Shown: positions 28,501-37,753, counted from the first letter of the stretch. The stretch: DNA of 64,000 nucleotides from an uncultured Caproiciproducens sp. (GCA_963664915.1 OY761810.1:446661-510660), one strand, 5' to 3'. Translations and numbers: made by a program. Notes: generated from the letters alone by a model not told the origin.

Positions 28501-30059
28501 TTTTTTGCAACATATTTTTTTATCTCATAATTAATGGTGGAGTCCTTAACCTGACCATCTAATAAATATGTTGTAACTGTTTGGTTATCATACACAGAGG
28601 CATCGTCTTTCGTTACAATGTCATCCGCACTTAGCGCAATCACTTTACCAGCGCTGATTTCCGATGCTTCAGAAGTATACATATATGGAGTTGCTCCTTC
28701 TGAAGAGATTTCATCCAATGAGTCTTCCGGCTGCAACTGGCTGCTGAGTTGTTCAGTCGTTGCATCATTATCCAAACGGATAATCGCTCCCACATGAGTG
28801 TCTCTGGAAGAATTTCCAACTCTAATGACGTACTTGCCAGCCTCCATAATATAGGATTCGCTGGACTCATCATACGAGGACATCTCCGTTGTATTGTATG
28901 TAATCGTTAATGTCTGCTGCTTACCAGGAGCCAATTCATCCGTCTTAGCGTAACCCGCAAGCTCCTGATAAGGTTTCTCGATAGAGCCTTTTGGCGCGGA
29001 GAAATAAACCTGTACCACTTGCTTACCGGAATATGTACTGCCTGTATTTGTAACAGTTGCCTTTACGGTAACTTTACTTGCAGTTGCTGTAACGGAGTCA
29101 ATTTTTGTGCTGAAAGTAGTGTAAGATTTGCCATATCCAAATTCATATTGTGGTGTCACACCAAATGTGTCAAAATAGCGATACCCAACGTAAATGCCAT
29201 CCGTATATTCTTCAGTATTAATTTCGTTGTCATTTGAGCTGAAAGTATCTGAGGATGGATAATCCGCATAATTTTTTGCCCAAGTGTCAGTCAACTTACC
29301 GGAAGGGGTAACTGTGCCGTTGAGGACTTCTGCGACCGCATTACCGGCTTCCATACCTGGCTGAGATATGAGTAACATTGCATCCAAGCCATTTATATCG
29401 TTGAAAAACTTGGTGTCGATCACTCCACCGACATTTAACAGGACAATAACATTTTTAAAGCTGGCACCCAATTTTGTCAGATTCGAAGTCTCGTTATCTG
29501 ACAGCAGATAGTCACCTTTTCCGCTGTCTCTATCAGAACCCTCACCGGAATTCCTTGCAATGACATAAATGGCAGTATCCGCAGATTTTGCAGATGTCAG
29601 CTGATCATCTGTAATTTCCGTATCGGGTAAAAAAAACGAATCGAACATCCCTGTACTAGTCCAATTAGCTTTCGCTGTTGTATAGGCCGAATCAAAATCA
29701 TTTAACCATGCAGTAGAAGTAATCTCATACCCTGCTTTTTTTAAGCCATCATCAATGGAAACCGTGTATCTCTGGTTTACATCGCCAGAACCTGTTCCAC
29801 CTTTCACAGTGTGCCTAGCACCGCTTCCAAAAAGAGCCAGCTTCTTAGTCGAACCAGCCAATGGCAAGGAATTGTTCTTATTTTCCAATAGAACCATCCC
29901 CTGTGTTGCCGCCTCTTTGGACAGTGCTGCATTTGTTTTTTCTCTGTCGGACTCTACGTTCGATGTGCTCGCTGCAAAGGCACTTGTGCACATGCTGACA
30001 AATAGTGCTACTACTAAAATGAGCGCCAATGCCGATTTACTAATCTTTTTCATAATCAA
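25551..30059 (-). CDS. secreted multidomain glycoside hydrolase family 3 (permuted domain order) fused to an alpha/beta-hydrolase (esterase) domain and two C-terminal uncharacterised modules
   Basis: 1502 aa with a signal peptide. The GH3 C-terminal-type domain comes first (MVLLENKNNSLPL), then an Fn3-like domain, then the GH3 catalytic barrel (HRNPLCGRNFEYYSEDP; nucleophile context GLIMTDW). This is followed by an esterase-like domain (LIVWLHGAGEGG; GGDSNGG; DTIVD; GHWSW), a Ser/Thr/His linker and two modules homologous to those of 1255..3921. Confidence 0.9.
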   Translation of the reverse strand: MIMKKISKSALALILVVALFVSMCTSAFAASTSNVESDREKTNAALSKEAATQGMVLLENKNNSLPLAGSTKKLALFGSGARHTVKGGTGSGDVNQRYTVSIDDGLKKAGYEITSTAWLNDFDSAYTTAKANWTSTGMFDSFFLPDTEITDDQLTSAKSADTAIYVIARNSGEGSDRDSGKGDYLLSDNETSNLTKLGASFKNVIVLLNVGGVIDTKFFNDINGLDAMLLISQPGMEAGNAVAEVLNGTVTPSGKLTDTWAKNYADYPSSDTFSSNDNEINTEEYTDGIYVGYRYFDTFGVTPQYEFGYGKSYTTFSTKIDSVTATASKVTVKATVTNTGSTYSGKQVVQVYFSAPKGSIEKPYQELAGYAKTDELAPGKQQTLTITYNTTEMSSYDESSESYIMEAGKYVIRVGNSSRDTHVGAIIRLDNDATTEQLSSQLQPEDSLDEISSEGATPYMYTSEASEISAGKVIALSADDIVTKDDASVYDNQTVTTYLLDGQVKDSTINYEIKKYVAKNDKLTLNDVYSGKATMQEFVAQMSVQQLTTIVNGIGYGTGSTTPVVGSQSDSIQGAAGETTSNYKDSGIPNMVLSDGPAGIRITQSFTGTDATSNVKDSYYQYCTAWPIGTLLAMTWDVNLLKKVGTAIGTEMTEYGITLWLAPGMNIHRNPLCGRNFEYYSEDPLVTGLSGAAETNGVQSHPGIGVTIKHFATNNQENNRSTENNVVSERALREIYLKGFEIAIKSAQPMAIMTSYNKINGTFSAANYDLCTNITRGEWGFKGLIMTDWFSQANKAESMHAGNDLIMPGYGQTDITDGLQNGSICLGDLQKSAINVLNIIKQSSQFAKMNNISAKSYSSQFKLTNYVNSTKSDVTVTGNATTYSTVAEIEDWGAATTKVIVNLGKSVKKGSVSNDTFKVFVSRSDNRLATPFLESGYRDVTNAYVSDAKGNSVDNGNYATLEMKIGPTVTLGSPLNYDYMTTGFNNWIQCDYTISQLKDIVSDSTTISNLVANNCTDQIRVGVDNFTTGKETNDNITLSYASYAPATDKVKNPLIVWLHGAGEGGTDATIPISANKAFNFASSDMQSYFGGTYVLVPQCPSMWMAGPNGEVGGVNSKYEASLMALIKDYVSKNSDIDTNRIYVGGDSNGGYMTMLLARDYTSYFAAAMPTCEALADNLITDANIQTMKNLPMWFTAAKTDTIVDPTKYVVPTYNRLVKAGAKDVHFSYFDNVADTTGLYTKTDGTPYEYIGHWSWIYVFNNQCKDTINGKTTTIMQWLAAQTLAASQSGSDSSSGSSSHHSSGNSGATTSTGTTTSTGATITGCTITTSDGTTFVTDTTTDVRVKGGYTVKLTSNNGQAPTVVVGTAGVFEVQLVKNGNDYYVKLIPIGKIGAQAGIYVNGVKLFAATVETPVSTSTVKCDTTRPFSVKAGREYCFKISSADGRTPIFTVGNGSVFKTQFVKKVGNDYYYKIIAVGKTGASTGVYTATPGQTPVFQCAVSVA

Positions 30060-30476
30060 CCTCTTCTTTCCAATATTGTTGAAACTATTTCAACCTATTT
30101 CTTCCACTGAATGAATGTCCCCCCTTGCTGGTTTTCAAATGAATGAATAATTCCACCTTTAAAAAATACAAAGCATTGGAGAATTATTTGTTTACCCCTA
30201 GGGTAATATCTATCTGCAATGATCTGCACCTTCTATAAATTAAAAAACTCCGAAAATTATAACCATCGAATGTATTAATTCATTCAACTTAGTATTATAT
30301 ATATTAAACCAGTTTTATATTGTATTGTCAATAATTAATGTACAATATTAATATAAAAATTCTTTTGTAATTCTACAAATTTCTTTGATTTCTTATATTT
30401 AATTCTTATTTAAACTATTTTTATTGCAAAGTGGTGTATTATTATAGACAATATATATTTCATTTGGAGATTAACA

Positions 30477-31706
30477 ATGAATACAGAAGAAACAAAAAGA
30501 AGTTTTAATCAAGAAAAGAGCCAGCTCTTTAATCGCTCTTTGGTTTTAGATTTGATTCGTCAGCAAGGCATCTGTTCTCGGGTAACTCTTTCCCAACTCT
30601 CAGGATTGAAGCAAACTACAATTACAAACATCATTAATGAGTTTATCGGCTATGATCTTGTGGTAGAAACCGGTCTGATGAGCGGAAGCAAAGGGAGACG
30701 CTCCATCGGGCTTAAGCTTAATGATGATCAATATAAGGTAATCGGTGTACGCATGACACGTATGTCCTTCTATATATGTCTATTTGGCCTCTCGGGACAG
30801 ATTTACGGTATTAGTCAATATACAATTCCCCATAATGAACGGGTTGAAGAAACTATTGCAAGAATTCGGACAGCTATCCAAATTTTTCTCAATAAAAACT
30901 CTGATTGTGAAATACCAGCAATTGCAATGGCTATGCCAGGCCCCTATCGTGCGGATATTGACCGTCTACTGTTTGTAACAGAATTAGTCGGATGGCAGAA
31001 TTACCCAATAAAAGAAGCATTAGCAAAAGATTTGTCTATCCCTGTATATATTGTAAATGACGCAAATGCGAGCGCTTTTGCACAGCTTTGGTATCGAAGT
31101 AAAAAAAGCGAAATAAAAAATATGATTTATGTATTGGCAGGGCAAGGCATTGGATGCGGCATGATTGCAGATGGGAAGCTTGTTGACGGTGATGGCGGAA
31201 TTGCAGGAGAGTTCGGTCATAACACCATAAATTTTAACGGTCCAAAATGCGAATGCGGAAATCATGGTTGTCTTGAAAAATACTGTTCCTCTTTAGTATT
31301 TTGCGAAAATATAAAAAAACGACTTCAGGCGGGCGAGCAATCTGTTCTAACCATTGATAATTTAACGGGCGTAAAAATTTCTGAAGCAGTACAAAGCCGA
31401 GATACTGTAGCGCGTGAGGAATATATAAAGGTATGTGCCTTTCTATCTATCGGTATTGTGAATCTAATCAACCAATTTAATCCTGGTCTCATTGTCATTG
31501 GGGATGAACTTACACAAATTGCACCGGATTTATTATTATCTATCGTTCAAAAAAAAATATATGAATGTATCAACCCTCTGGTTTTAAATGATTTAACAAT
31601 TGAGATAAATCAGCTCACAGAAAGTCCCTGCCTATTAGGTGCTGGAGCAATTGCAGCACAGAATGCGATTGCTGATCTTTCAAAATTAATGAACCAAAGC
31701 AAATAA
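30477..31706 (+). CDS. ROK family transcriptional regulator (NagC/XylR type)
   Basis: N-terminal winged HTH (LIRQQGICSRVTLSQLSGLKQTTITNIINEF). ROK glycine-rich and zinc motifs (GEFGHNTINFNGPKCECGNHGCLEKY). Confidence 0.9.
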   Translation: MNTEETKRSFNQEKSQLFNRSLVLDLIRQQGICSRVTLSQLSGLKQTTITNIINEFIGYDLVVETGLMSGSKGRRSIGLKLNDDQYKVIGVRMTRMSFYICLFGLSGQIYGISQYTIPHNERVEETIARIRTAIQIFLNKNSDCEIPAIAMAMPGPYRADIDRLLFVTELVGWQNYPIKEALAKDLSIPVYIVNDANASAFAQLWYRSKKSEIKNMIYVLAGQGIGCGMIADGKLVDGDGGIAGEFGHNTINFNGPKCECGNHGCLEKYCSSLVFCENIKKRLQAGEQSVLTIDNLTGVKISEAVQSRDTVAREEYIKVCAFLSIGIVNLINQFNPGLIVIGDELTQIAPDLLLSIVQKKIYECINPLVLNDLTIEINQLTESPCLLGAGAIAAQNAIADLSKLMNQSK

Positions 31707-31740
31707 CTGTTTTGTTCACGGCTAGCTTCAAGCAATGGTT

Positions 31741-31769
31741 ACCCCCCGGTAAAACCGGGGGGTTTTGTT
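31741..31769 (+). terminator. intrinsic terminator after the ROK regulator gene
   Basis: accccccggt-aaa-accggggggt followed by tttgtt. A second hairpin (aagaccgtttt..aaaacggtctt) follows at 31776-31806. Confidence 0.7.
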
Positions 31770-31849
31770 ATACAAAAAAGACCGTTTTCACTAGGAAAAC
31801 GGTCTTATATTATGCATTTTTAATTGTTCAAAATATCACTACTTTTGCC

Positions 31850-31885
<36 letters not shown>

Positions 31886-32207
31886 AAGTATCAATTGTCA
31901 AGTCTTTTTTTAGATAGAATACTATCCAAGTAAAAAATAAGCAATTCCGTATGATAACTGTTGAATATTGCTGCAATTCGAAGCAAAGAATGACCACATT
32001 TCCAGAGTATCCTTTTGTTGTTTCCTCATGCATCACAATTACAGAAATATACCTTTTTAGCCAAAAAACATTTATATTAAGTATATGAGATTATAATCAA
32101 AATATAACTTTTATAAAAAAGACTTTTTAAATGCTTTAATGAATTCAGCATGTTGATAATATAATGTATCAAAATTACAAGGAAAACACACAATTTTAGC
32201 AGAGGCT

Positions 32208-32237
32208 TTAAAAAAGAAGTCTGAAATTATGTCAGAC
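32208..32237 (-). terminator. probable intrinsic terminator of the cohesin-like protein gene
   Basis: On the minus strand: gtctga-cataatt-tcagac followed by ttctttttt, immediately after the stop at 32249. Confidence 0.5.
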
Positions 32238-32248
32238 ATGCTAATTAG

Positions 32249-33382
32249 CTAATTTCTGGGTTTGATTTTTAAATAAAAGCTAAGAGAGATTCCAATCATA
32301 ATGCACAAAGCGGCTGTCAGCATACCCACAAGATAGATGGGCATCTGATTCCCTATGATGTAGATATTCCTGTCTGCATGTCCTGTGATTGCGGACTGCT
32401 GTGCCATCTCCTGCACCGGCTGCTGTTCCGGCTCCGCCTCTTGAAAATTTTCAGGCGATCCGTCTTTCCCGACGGTCACCGTACCGGCAGTTAGTCCATC
32501 GCCGGACTGTCCTGCTTGTTCTGAAGTCGTTTTCGCCGGACGGGATGTTTTCTCCGATTGGGTTGCCACACCGGAACTTTCACCCGCAACTGCATTCGGT
32601 TTGTCCGCCCTGCTGACAAGAATTACATACTGCGTTTTCGTCTCTTTATTTGCTGAAGTAACCGTTGCGACAATCGGCGTGTCCGTACCGGCCTTCAGAA
32701 GCGTCTTACGATTGATTTTGACCGTACCGTTTTCCTGTGCCGAGGCATAAAATTCTACGGATTCCACATTATACTTCACATACATACGATATTGAAATAC
32801 ATCGGGAGAAAATTCCGGCACCAGCACACCCTGAAAGGGTTCCAGTTCGGAAAGCACGGCCTCGTCGGATGGCGTTTGTGCCTGCGGCTCAATATTCACA
32901 GTTAAATTTTCCTGAATATCAACATCCAGCTGCTTTGCCTGATAGTCGCAAACCTCGTCAATATGTGCGCCTATGGTTGTCTTCCCCGCCGATGTGCCAT
33001 TCTTCACCTGAAACACAAAGGAAATAATATTCCCGGAAAGTTCCGGTGCGACCCCCTTGTCCACATTGCATACATAGACGCTGCAGATCGGATTTGCCGT
33101 GCTGTTTGTAACCATTGTTCCGCTTTTAATCTGCGAAGAGGTCTCTGTACGGACAAAGCTGAGTTCAGCAGTATTATATGCAACCCTCATCCTGAAGCCA
33201 GCGGCGGTATCCGGAGTTTGTCCCGCATTGATCTGCAGTTTGACAAGCTCTCCGCAAGCAACGGATTCTTTATCCAGACTGTATGTAAAATAAGGCATTG
33301 TGGCAGCATTGGCCGGAATACGCAAAATCACCAACAAAAATAAAGACAGAAGAAAAAACGCATCAACACAATGCCTTTTCAC
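32249..33382 (-). CDS. membrane-anchored surface protein with cohesin-like and cadherin-like beta-sandwich domains
   Basis: 377 aa. Signal peptide, then an N-terminal ~135-aa cohesin-like module (GELVKLQINAG..AAGFRMRVAYNTAELSF..GNIISFVFQVKNGTSAGKTTI). This is followed by a cadherin-like beta-sandwich (LVPEFSPDVFQYRMYVKYNVESVEFYA), a Pro/Ser/Thr/Gln linker and a C-terminal TM helix. Confidence 0.65.
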   Translation of the reverse strand: MKRHCVDAFFLLSLFLLVILRIPANAATMPYFTYSLDKESVACGELVKLQINAGQTPDTAAGFRMRVAYNTAELSFVRTETSSQIKSGTMVTNSTANPICSVYVCNVDKGVAPELSGNIISFVFQVKNGTSAGKTTIGAHIDEVCDYQAKQLDVDIQENLTVNIEPQAQTPSDEAVLSELEPFQGVLVPEFSPDVFQYRMYVKYNVESVEFYASAQENGTVKINRKTLLKAGTDTPIVATVTSANKETKTQYVILVSRADKPNAVAGESSGVATQSEKTSRPAKTTSEQAGQSGDGLTAGTVTVGKDGSPENFQEAEPEQQPVQEMAQQSAITGHADRNIYIIGNQMPIYLVGMLTAALCIMIGISLSFYLKIKPRN

Positions 33383-33472
33383 GAATGACTCCTCCCGACG
33401 GCCTATCGATGAAAAACCAGCTGTGCCGGGTTATCGACATAGCTGGTTTTATTGCGGAAAAAAGATGGCCCG

Positions 33473-33988
33473 CTAAGCGGTAACTGTTTGCCCCATTCCG
33501 TTCGCACGCATGTCACGCAATAATTTTTTACGTAAAACCTGTAGCCTAAAACGGTTATACCGCTGTATGGCGGCAAAAGGCAGATTCCCAAGCATAATAA
33601 AAAAAGAAAATACAAGTCCCACCATGAGCGGGTTAATCAGAAGCGTGACCACAATGCAGATGCAGTTTTTCATGTGCATCCATTCACCTCGGCATGTCTC
33701 AAAAATAAACTCGTCAACATACTCAAGTGAAACATCTGTAAGGTGTTCTTTCGAAAAACCATCCTTGCCGATATGCTGCGGCACTTTATCCTTCCACATT
33801 TGAATTTTTAATTTATCCCTGTACCAACGCCCGCTGTGCTCCCATGTTTTTGGCGCAAACCGCTCTTTTTCGGGGGTAAACATGGAATGAGGAAGCTTGA
33901 CGCAAGCCAGAAAGATTGTCAAATGCCAAGTGCCAATAATAAGAAGGTTCCCAAGAAACATATCGAGAAATGAAAAATTTTTCAGCAT
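33473..33988 (-). CDS. CrtO-like membrane acyltransferase family protein (glycosyl-4,4'-diaponeurosporenoate acyltransferase family)
   Basis: FETCRGEWMHM and NLPFAAIQRYNRFRLQVLRKK match, from memory, S. aureus CrtO (IETKRAELIHW; NVPIIIVQRYNRPRL). Similar length. Confidence 0.7.
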   Translation of the reverse strand: MLKNFSFLDMFLGNLLIIGTWHLTIFLACVKLPHSMFTPEKERFAPKTWEHSGRWYRDKLKIQMWKDKVPQHIGKDGFSKEHLTDVSLEYVDEFIFETCRGEWMHMKNCICIVVTLLINPLMVGLVFSFFIMLGNLPFAAIQRYNRFRLQVLRKKLLRDMRANGMGQTVTA

Positions 33989-34114
33989 TTGTAATCCCCT
34001 CCCTGCAAAAATAGATTATTTATAGAAATAGCACACGGATGATTACATCACACATGTGATAATATTAACATACATATTATAATACAATCGTCGAAAGTGT
34101 GCAAGGTCTAAAGT

Positions 34115-35494
34115 CTATAGCCGTTCGCTGTATTTTTTCACAATCATGTTCGCACATTTATAGACATCGCCGCCGCCGAGGGTGAGAATCAAATCGCCCT
34201 CCTGCGCATTGGCGGTTACATGCTCTGTGATTTCCTCAAATGTCTTAAACCAGACGCTTCCCGGAACCTTGTCGGCTAAATCCTTCGCATAAATATGATA
34301 GGTATTTTCTTCGCGCACTGCGAGAATCTCGGAAAGGACAACCTTGTCCGGGATGGAGAGTGCTTTTGCAAATTTATCAAGAAGCATATAGGTTCTCGAA
34401 TACGTATGAGGCTGGAATACCGCCCAAACGCGCTGAAAATTCATCCTCATGGCAGCGGTCAGCGTCGCTGTGAGTTCCGTGGGATGATGCGCAAAGTCGT
34501 CGGCAACCGTGATTCCGCCGAAAGTGCCGAGTATCTCAAACCGTCTGTGAACGCCGGTAAATTGGTGCAGACTTTCGGCAATGCTTTCAGCCTCCACACC
34601 CATTTGATCCGCAGCCGCAAACGCGGCCAGCGCGTTGTATATATTGTGTTTTCCGGGGATACTCAGCGTAACGTCCGCAAGTTTTTTCCCGTTCTTTTGG
34701 ACGCTGAAGCATTCCCTTGCCCCTTTTGTGTCCTCAATATGATCGGCATAATACACATTGGATGCGTTTAAGCCGAACGTAACGACGGACGCATTTTTTA
34801 TGTCTTCGACCGCTTTCATGGTGTTGGCATCATCGCCGTTGACAATCAGTCTTTTTGTGGTCTGCGACGCAAACTGATGGAAAGATTTGATGATATTTTC
34901 GACCGTTCCGAAATAGTCCAAATGGTCGCCGTCGACATTTAATATGATGGATGTTTCAGGATTCAATTGTAAAAAAGTATCCACATATTCGCAGGCTTCA
35001 CAAACGATGATGCCGGATTTACCCACGCGTCCGTTGCCGCCGATAAACGGGAGCTTGCCCCCGATGATAGCGGAAGGGTCTCTCCCGGCATTGATCAGGA
35101 TTTGCGTGATCATTGCGGTCGTTGTCGTCTTGCCGTGCGTACCGGAAACCGCGACAGAGTGTGAGTAGCGGCGCGTCACCATGCCGAGCATGACGGAACG
35201 TTCCACGACCGGAATCCCTTTTTCACGGGCGGCGACAAGCTCCGGGTTGTCGGCTTTGACGGCCGCCGTGTAAACGAGCATCTCGGCGTCTGCTATATTC
35301 TCCGGTCTATGGCCCATGGAAACCGGTATTCCATAAGAACGGATTCTTGCGAGCGTATCGGACTCATTTGTGTCCGACCCAGTCAACTGAAAACCCCGGT
35401 GATGCAGAATTTCAGCAATCGGGCACATGCCCGAGCCGCCGATCCCTACAAAATGTATTTTTTTAACCTCGGATAGAGTATCTTGATAATCCAT
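34115..35494 (-). CDS. murC: UDP-N-acetylmuramate--L-alanine ligase
   Basis: IHFVGIGGSGMCPIAEIL, GTHGKTTTT and the overall Mur ligase architecture. Confidence 0.95.
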   Translation of the reverse strand: MDYQDTLSEVKKIHFVGIGGSGMCPIAEILHHRGFQLTGSDTNESDTLARIRSYGIPVSMGHRPENIADAEMLVYTAAVKADNPELVAAREKGIPVVERSVMLGMVTRRYSHSVAVSGTHGKTTTTAMITQILINAGRDPSAIIGGKLPFIGGNGRVGKSGIIVCEACEYVDTFLQLNPETSIILNVDGDHLDYFGTVENIIKSFHQFASQTTKRLIVNGDDANTMKAVEDIKNASVVTFGLNASNVYYADHIEDTKGARECFSVQKNGKKLADVTLSIPGKHNIYNALAAFAAADQMGVEAESIAESLHQFTGVHRRFEILGTFGGITVADDFAHHPTELTATLTAAMRMNFQRVWAVFQPHTYSRTYMLLDKFAKALSIPDKVVLSEILAVREENTYHIYAKDLADKVPGSVWFKTFEEITEHVTANAQEGDLILTLGGGDVYKCANMIVKKYSERL

Positions 35495-35633
35495 GATTGT
35501 TGTGCTCCTTAAAATGAGTTAATTAGTATGTTATTATTCTCTCTATTATATTGCCATACCTGTTTATAATAAACAGTTTTTTAAATATTTGCAATAAAAA
35601 ATAAAATCGCCGTACGGATCTGCAAGGTCAATC

Positions 35634-35661
35634 ACATTGAACGTTCTGATTCCATAATATA
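35634..35661 (+). promoter_or_regulatory. candidate sigma-K-type sporulation promoter upstream of dpaA
   Basis: AC - 17 nt - CATAATATA matches the B. subtilis sigma-K consensus (AC-N17-CATA---TA). spoVF is sigma-K dependent in B. subtilis. Confidence 0.35.
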
Positions 35662-35689
35662 AGGAAAGAAGTTTGTGGAGGTTTGTACA

Positions 35690-36550
35690 ATGGTTGACAT
35701 AAATAGTTTTGGCGTGCTGGGCGGTGACAAACGTCAGATTGCACTTGCTGAATCCATTGCGTCGGACGGATACACCGTCTACGTCTGCGGATTTGACAAC
35801 ATTGAATTTTCGAAAGACGTAAAAAAAGCGGACTTGGAAGAAATGATTATTCACTGTGAAAATATTATTCTTCCCCTGCCGGTCACAGCCGACGGCCGAC
35901 ATTTAAACACGGTTTACAGTGAAGACAGTATTGAACTGAATGACAACTTTGCCGAACTGATGAGAAGCAAACAGGTTTTTGGAGGTATGATGGGAAAGCT
36001 TTATCAAACCAGCGATGGTTGGGATTCTATCGATACCTATGATTATTATACCCGGGAGGAATTCGCCGTACACAACGCAGTTCCGGCAGCCGAGGGCGCA
36101 ATCGAAATTGCAATGCGCGAATATCCGGGTACAATCAACGCAAGCAAGTGTCTTGTTGTCGGTTACGGAAGAATCGGGAAAATCCTGGCGCTGATGCTGC
36201 GCGGAATCGGAGCGTCGGTCACGGTGAGCGCCCGCAGATATTCCGACATAGCCTGGATCGAATCCTTCGGTTATTCCTCCGTCCTGACGGAAAACATCTG
36301 TGATAAAGATCAGTTTGACGTTATTTTCAACACCGCGCCCGCATTAATATTCAATCGGCGCATGCTCTCAAAAATACGTTCCAAGCCGCTGATCATTGAT
36401 CTTTCGTCACCGCCGGGCGGTGTGGATTTTGAAGCCGCCCAAAAATTCGAAATGAAAGCAATTCACGCTCTTTCCCTTCCCGGCAAGGTTGCGCCGAAAA
36501 CCGCCGGTGAAATTATCAAAAATACAATTTACAATATGATGGAGGAGTGA
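35690..36550 (+). CDS. dpaA: dipicolinate synthase subunit A
   Basis: MVDINSFGVLGGDKRQIALAE.. and an NAD-binding Rossmann motif (VVGYGRIGK). GGAGG before ATG 35690. Confidence 0.9.
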   Translation: MVDINSFGVLGGDKRQIALAESIASDGYTVYVCGFDNIEFSKDVKKADLEEMIIHCENIILPLPVTADGRHLNTVYSEDSIELNDNFAELMRSKQVFGGMMGKLYQTSDGWDSIDTYDYYTREEFAVHNAVPAAEGAIEIAMREYPGTINASKCLVVGYGRIGKILALMLRGIGASVTVSARRYSDIAWIESFGYSSVLTENICDKDQFDVIFNTAPALIFNRRMLSKIRSKPLIIDLSSPPGGVDFEAAQKFEMKAIHALSLPGKVAPKTAGEIIKNTIYNMMEE

Positions 36551-36554
36551 GAAT

Positions 36555-37127
36555 ATGAAGAGCCTTACATTCGGTTTTGCCTTTTGCGGTTCCTTCTGCA
36601 CCTTCAGCAAAGTGATAGAGCAAATGCGCAGCATTGCTGAAGCGGGGTATGATCTATTGCCGATCATGTCACAGAACGCTTTATCAACAGACACCCGTTT
36701 TGGAAAAGCGGACGATTTCATCTGGGAAATTGAAGACATCTGCGGTAAAAAAATCATCAAAAGCATTGTGGACGCGGAACCCATCGGACCTAAAAAAATG
36801 GTTGACCTGATGATTGTCGCCCCCTGCACCGGCAACACGCTTGCCAAGCTGGCAAACGGAATTACCGACACCACCGTAACCATGGCGGTAAAGTCGAATC
36901 TGCGCATCGGCAGGCCGGTCCTTCTGGCACCGGCCACAAACGATGCGCTCGCCGCGTCGGCGCAGAACATTGGAAAACTGCTGAACTGTAAAAATGTTTA
37001 TTTTGTCCCGATGAAACAGGATGATCCGGATAAAAAGCCCTCGTCCGTCGTGGCGAATTTCGGCCTGATCCTGCCAGCCGCGATTGCCGCTCTGGAGGGA
37101 AAACAGATTCAGCCCATCCTGTTGTAA
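36555..37127 (+). CDS. dpaB: dipicolinate synthase subunit B (flavoprotein)
   Basis: 190 aa flavoprotein-fold (GFAFCGSFCTF...APCTGNTLAKLANGITD). Immediately follows dpaA. Confidence 0.9.
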   Translation: MKSLTFGFAFCGSFCTFSKVIEQMRSIAEAGYDLLPIMSQNALSTDTRFGKADDFIWEIEDICGKKIIKSIVDAEPIGPKKMVDLMIVAPCTGNTLAKLANGITDTTVTMAVKSNLRIGRPVLLAPATNDALAASAQNIGKLLNCKNVYFVPMKQDDPDKKPSSVVANFGLILPAAIAALEGKQIQPILL

Positions 37128-37201
37128 ATATGAATATTCATAAATATTTATGCTGATTTATTGTAAGTTAGTAAATAAATGTGATATGATAAAAAAATGA
37201 A

Positions 37202-37753
37202 ATGGAAGTGAAAGGAATGCTGTATTGTCCTAAATGCCAATTGCTCAACGACAGTGACGCCGACCGCTGCCCCGCGTGCGGCTCGAAAAAGCTGCGGACG
37301 CCCGAACCGGATGACCCGGTGCTCCTTATGACGGCGGATGAGGTAAAGGTCGGAATGATCAGGGCTGTTTTTGAGGAAAACGGAATCATATTTGTCGAAC
37401 AGGACAGCGGGTTCGGTTCGCCGCCCTCCATGCTGCTTGGCAAACATTTTTACGGGAACCGGAATATCTATGTGGCCTGCCGCGATCTTCAAACCGCCAA
37501 GGAGCTGATAAACGGAGTTGGGATTGCGGACGCAGCCGATGCGGAACTTCAGAGAAAAGAAGACGAAGAGGCCGGCGTACAACCGCAGGATCCAGCATTG
37601 GATGACGAAACGGAACCCGAAACAATGAGCTCGCGCAAACGTTTTTTTTGGCGGATTATTTCGGCAATGTTATTTATTCTGGTTGTGTGGGGCGTAGTGG
37701 CGGCAGCGGACTTTGTAGCCAACGCGCTGAAAGCGCTTTTCGCAAACGGGTAA
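37202..37753 (+). CDS. hypothetical zinc-ribbon protein with C-terminal TM helix
   Basis: CPKC..x11..CPAC zinc ribbon, an acidic linker and a C-terminal hydrophobic helix (FFWRIISAMLFILVVWGVVAAA). Start uncertain. Confidence 0.55.
   Translation: MEVKGMLYCPKCQLLNDSDADRCPACGSKKLRTPEPDDPVLLMTADEVKVGMIRAVFEENGIIFVEQDSGFGSPPSMLLGKHFYGNRNIYVACRDLQTAKELINGVGIADAADAELQRKEDEEAGVQPQDPALDDETEPETMSSRKRFFWRIISAMLFILVVWGVVAAADFVANALKALFANG

Noticed and set aside
36407-36970. 187-aa minus-strand ORF
   Set aside because: It is antisense to dpaA/dpaB, both of which have clear family signatures.
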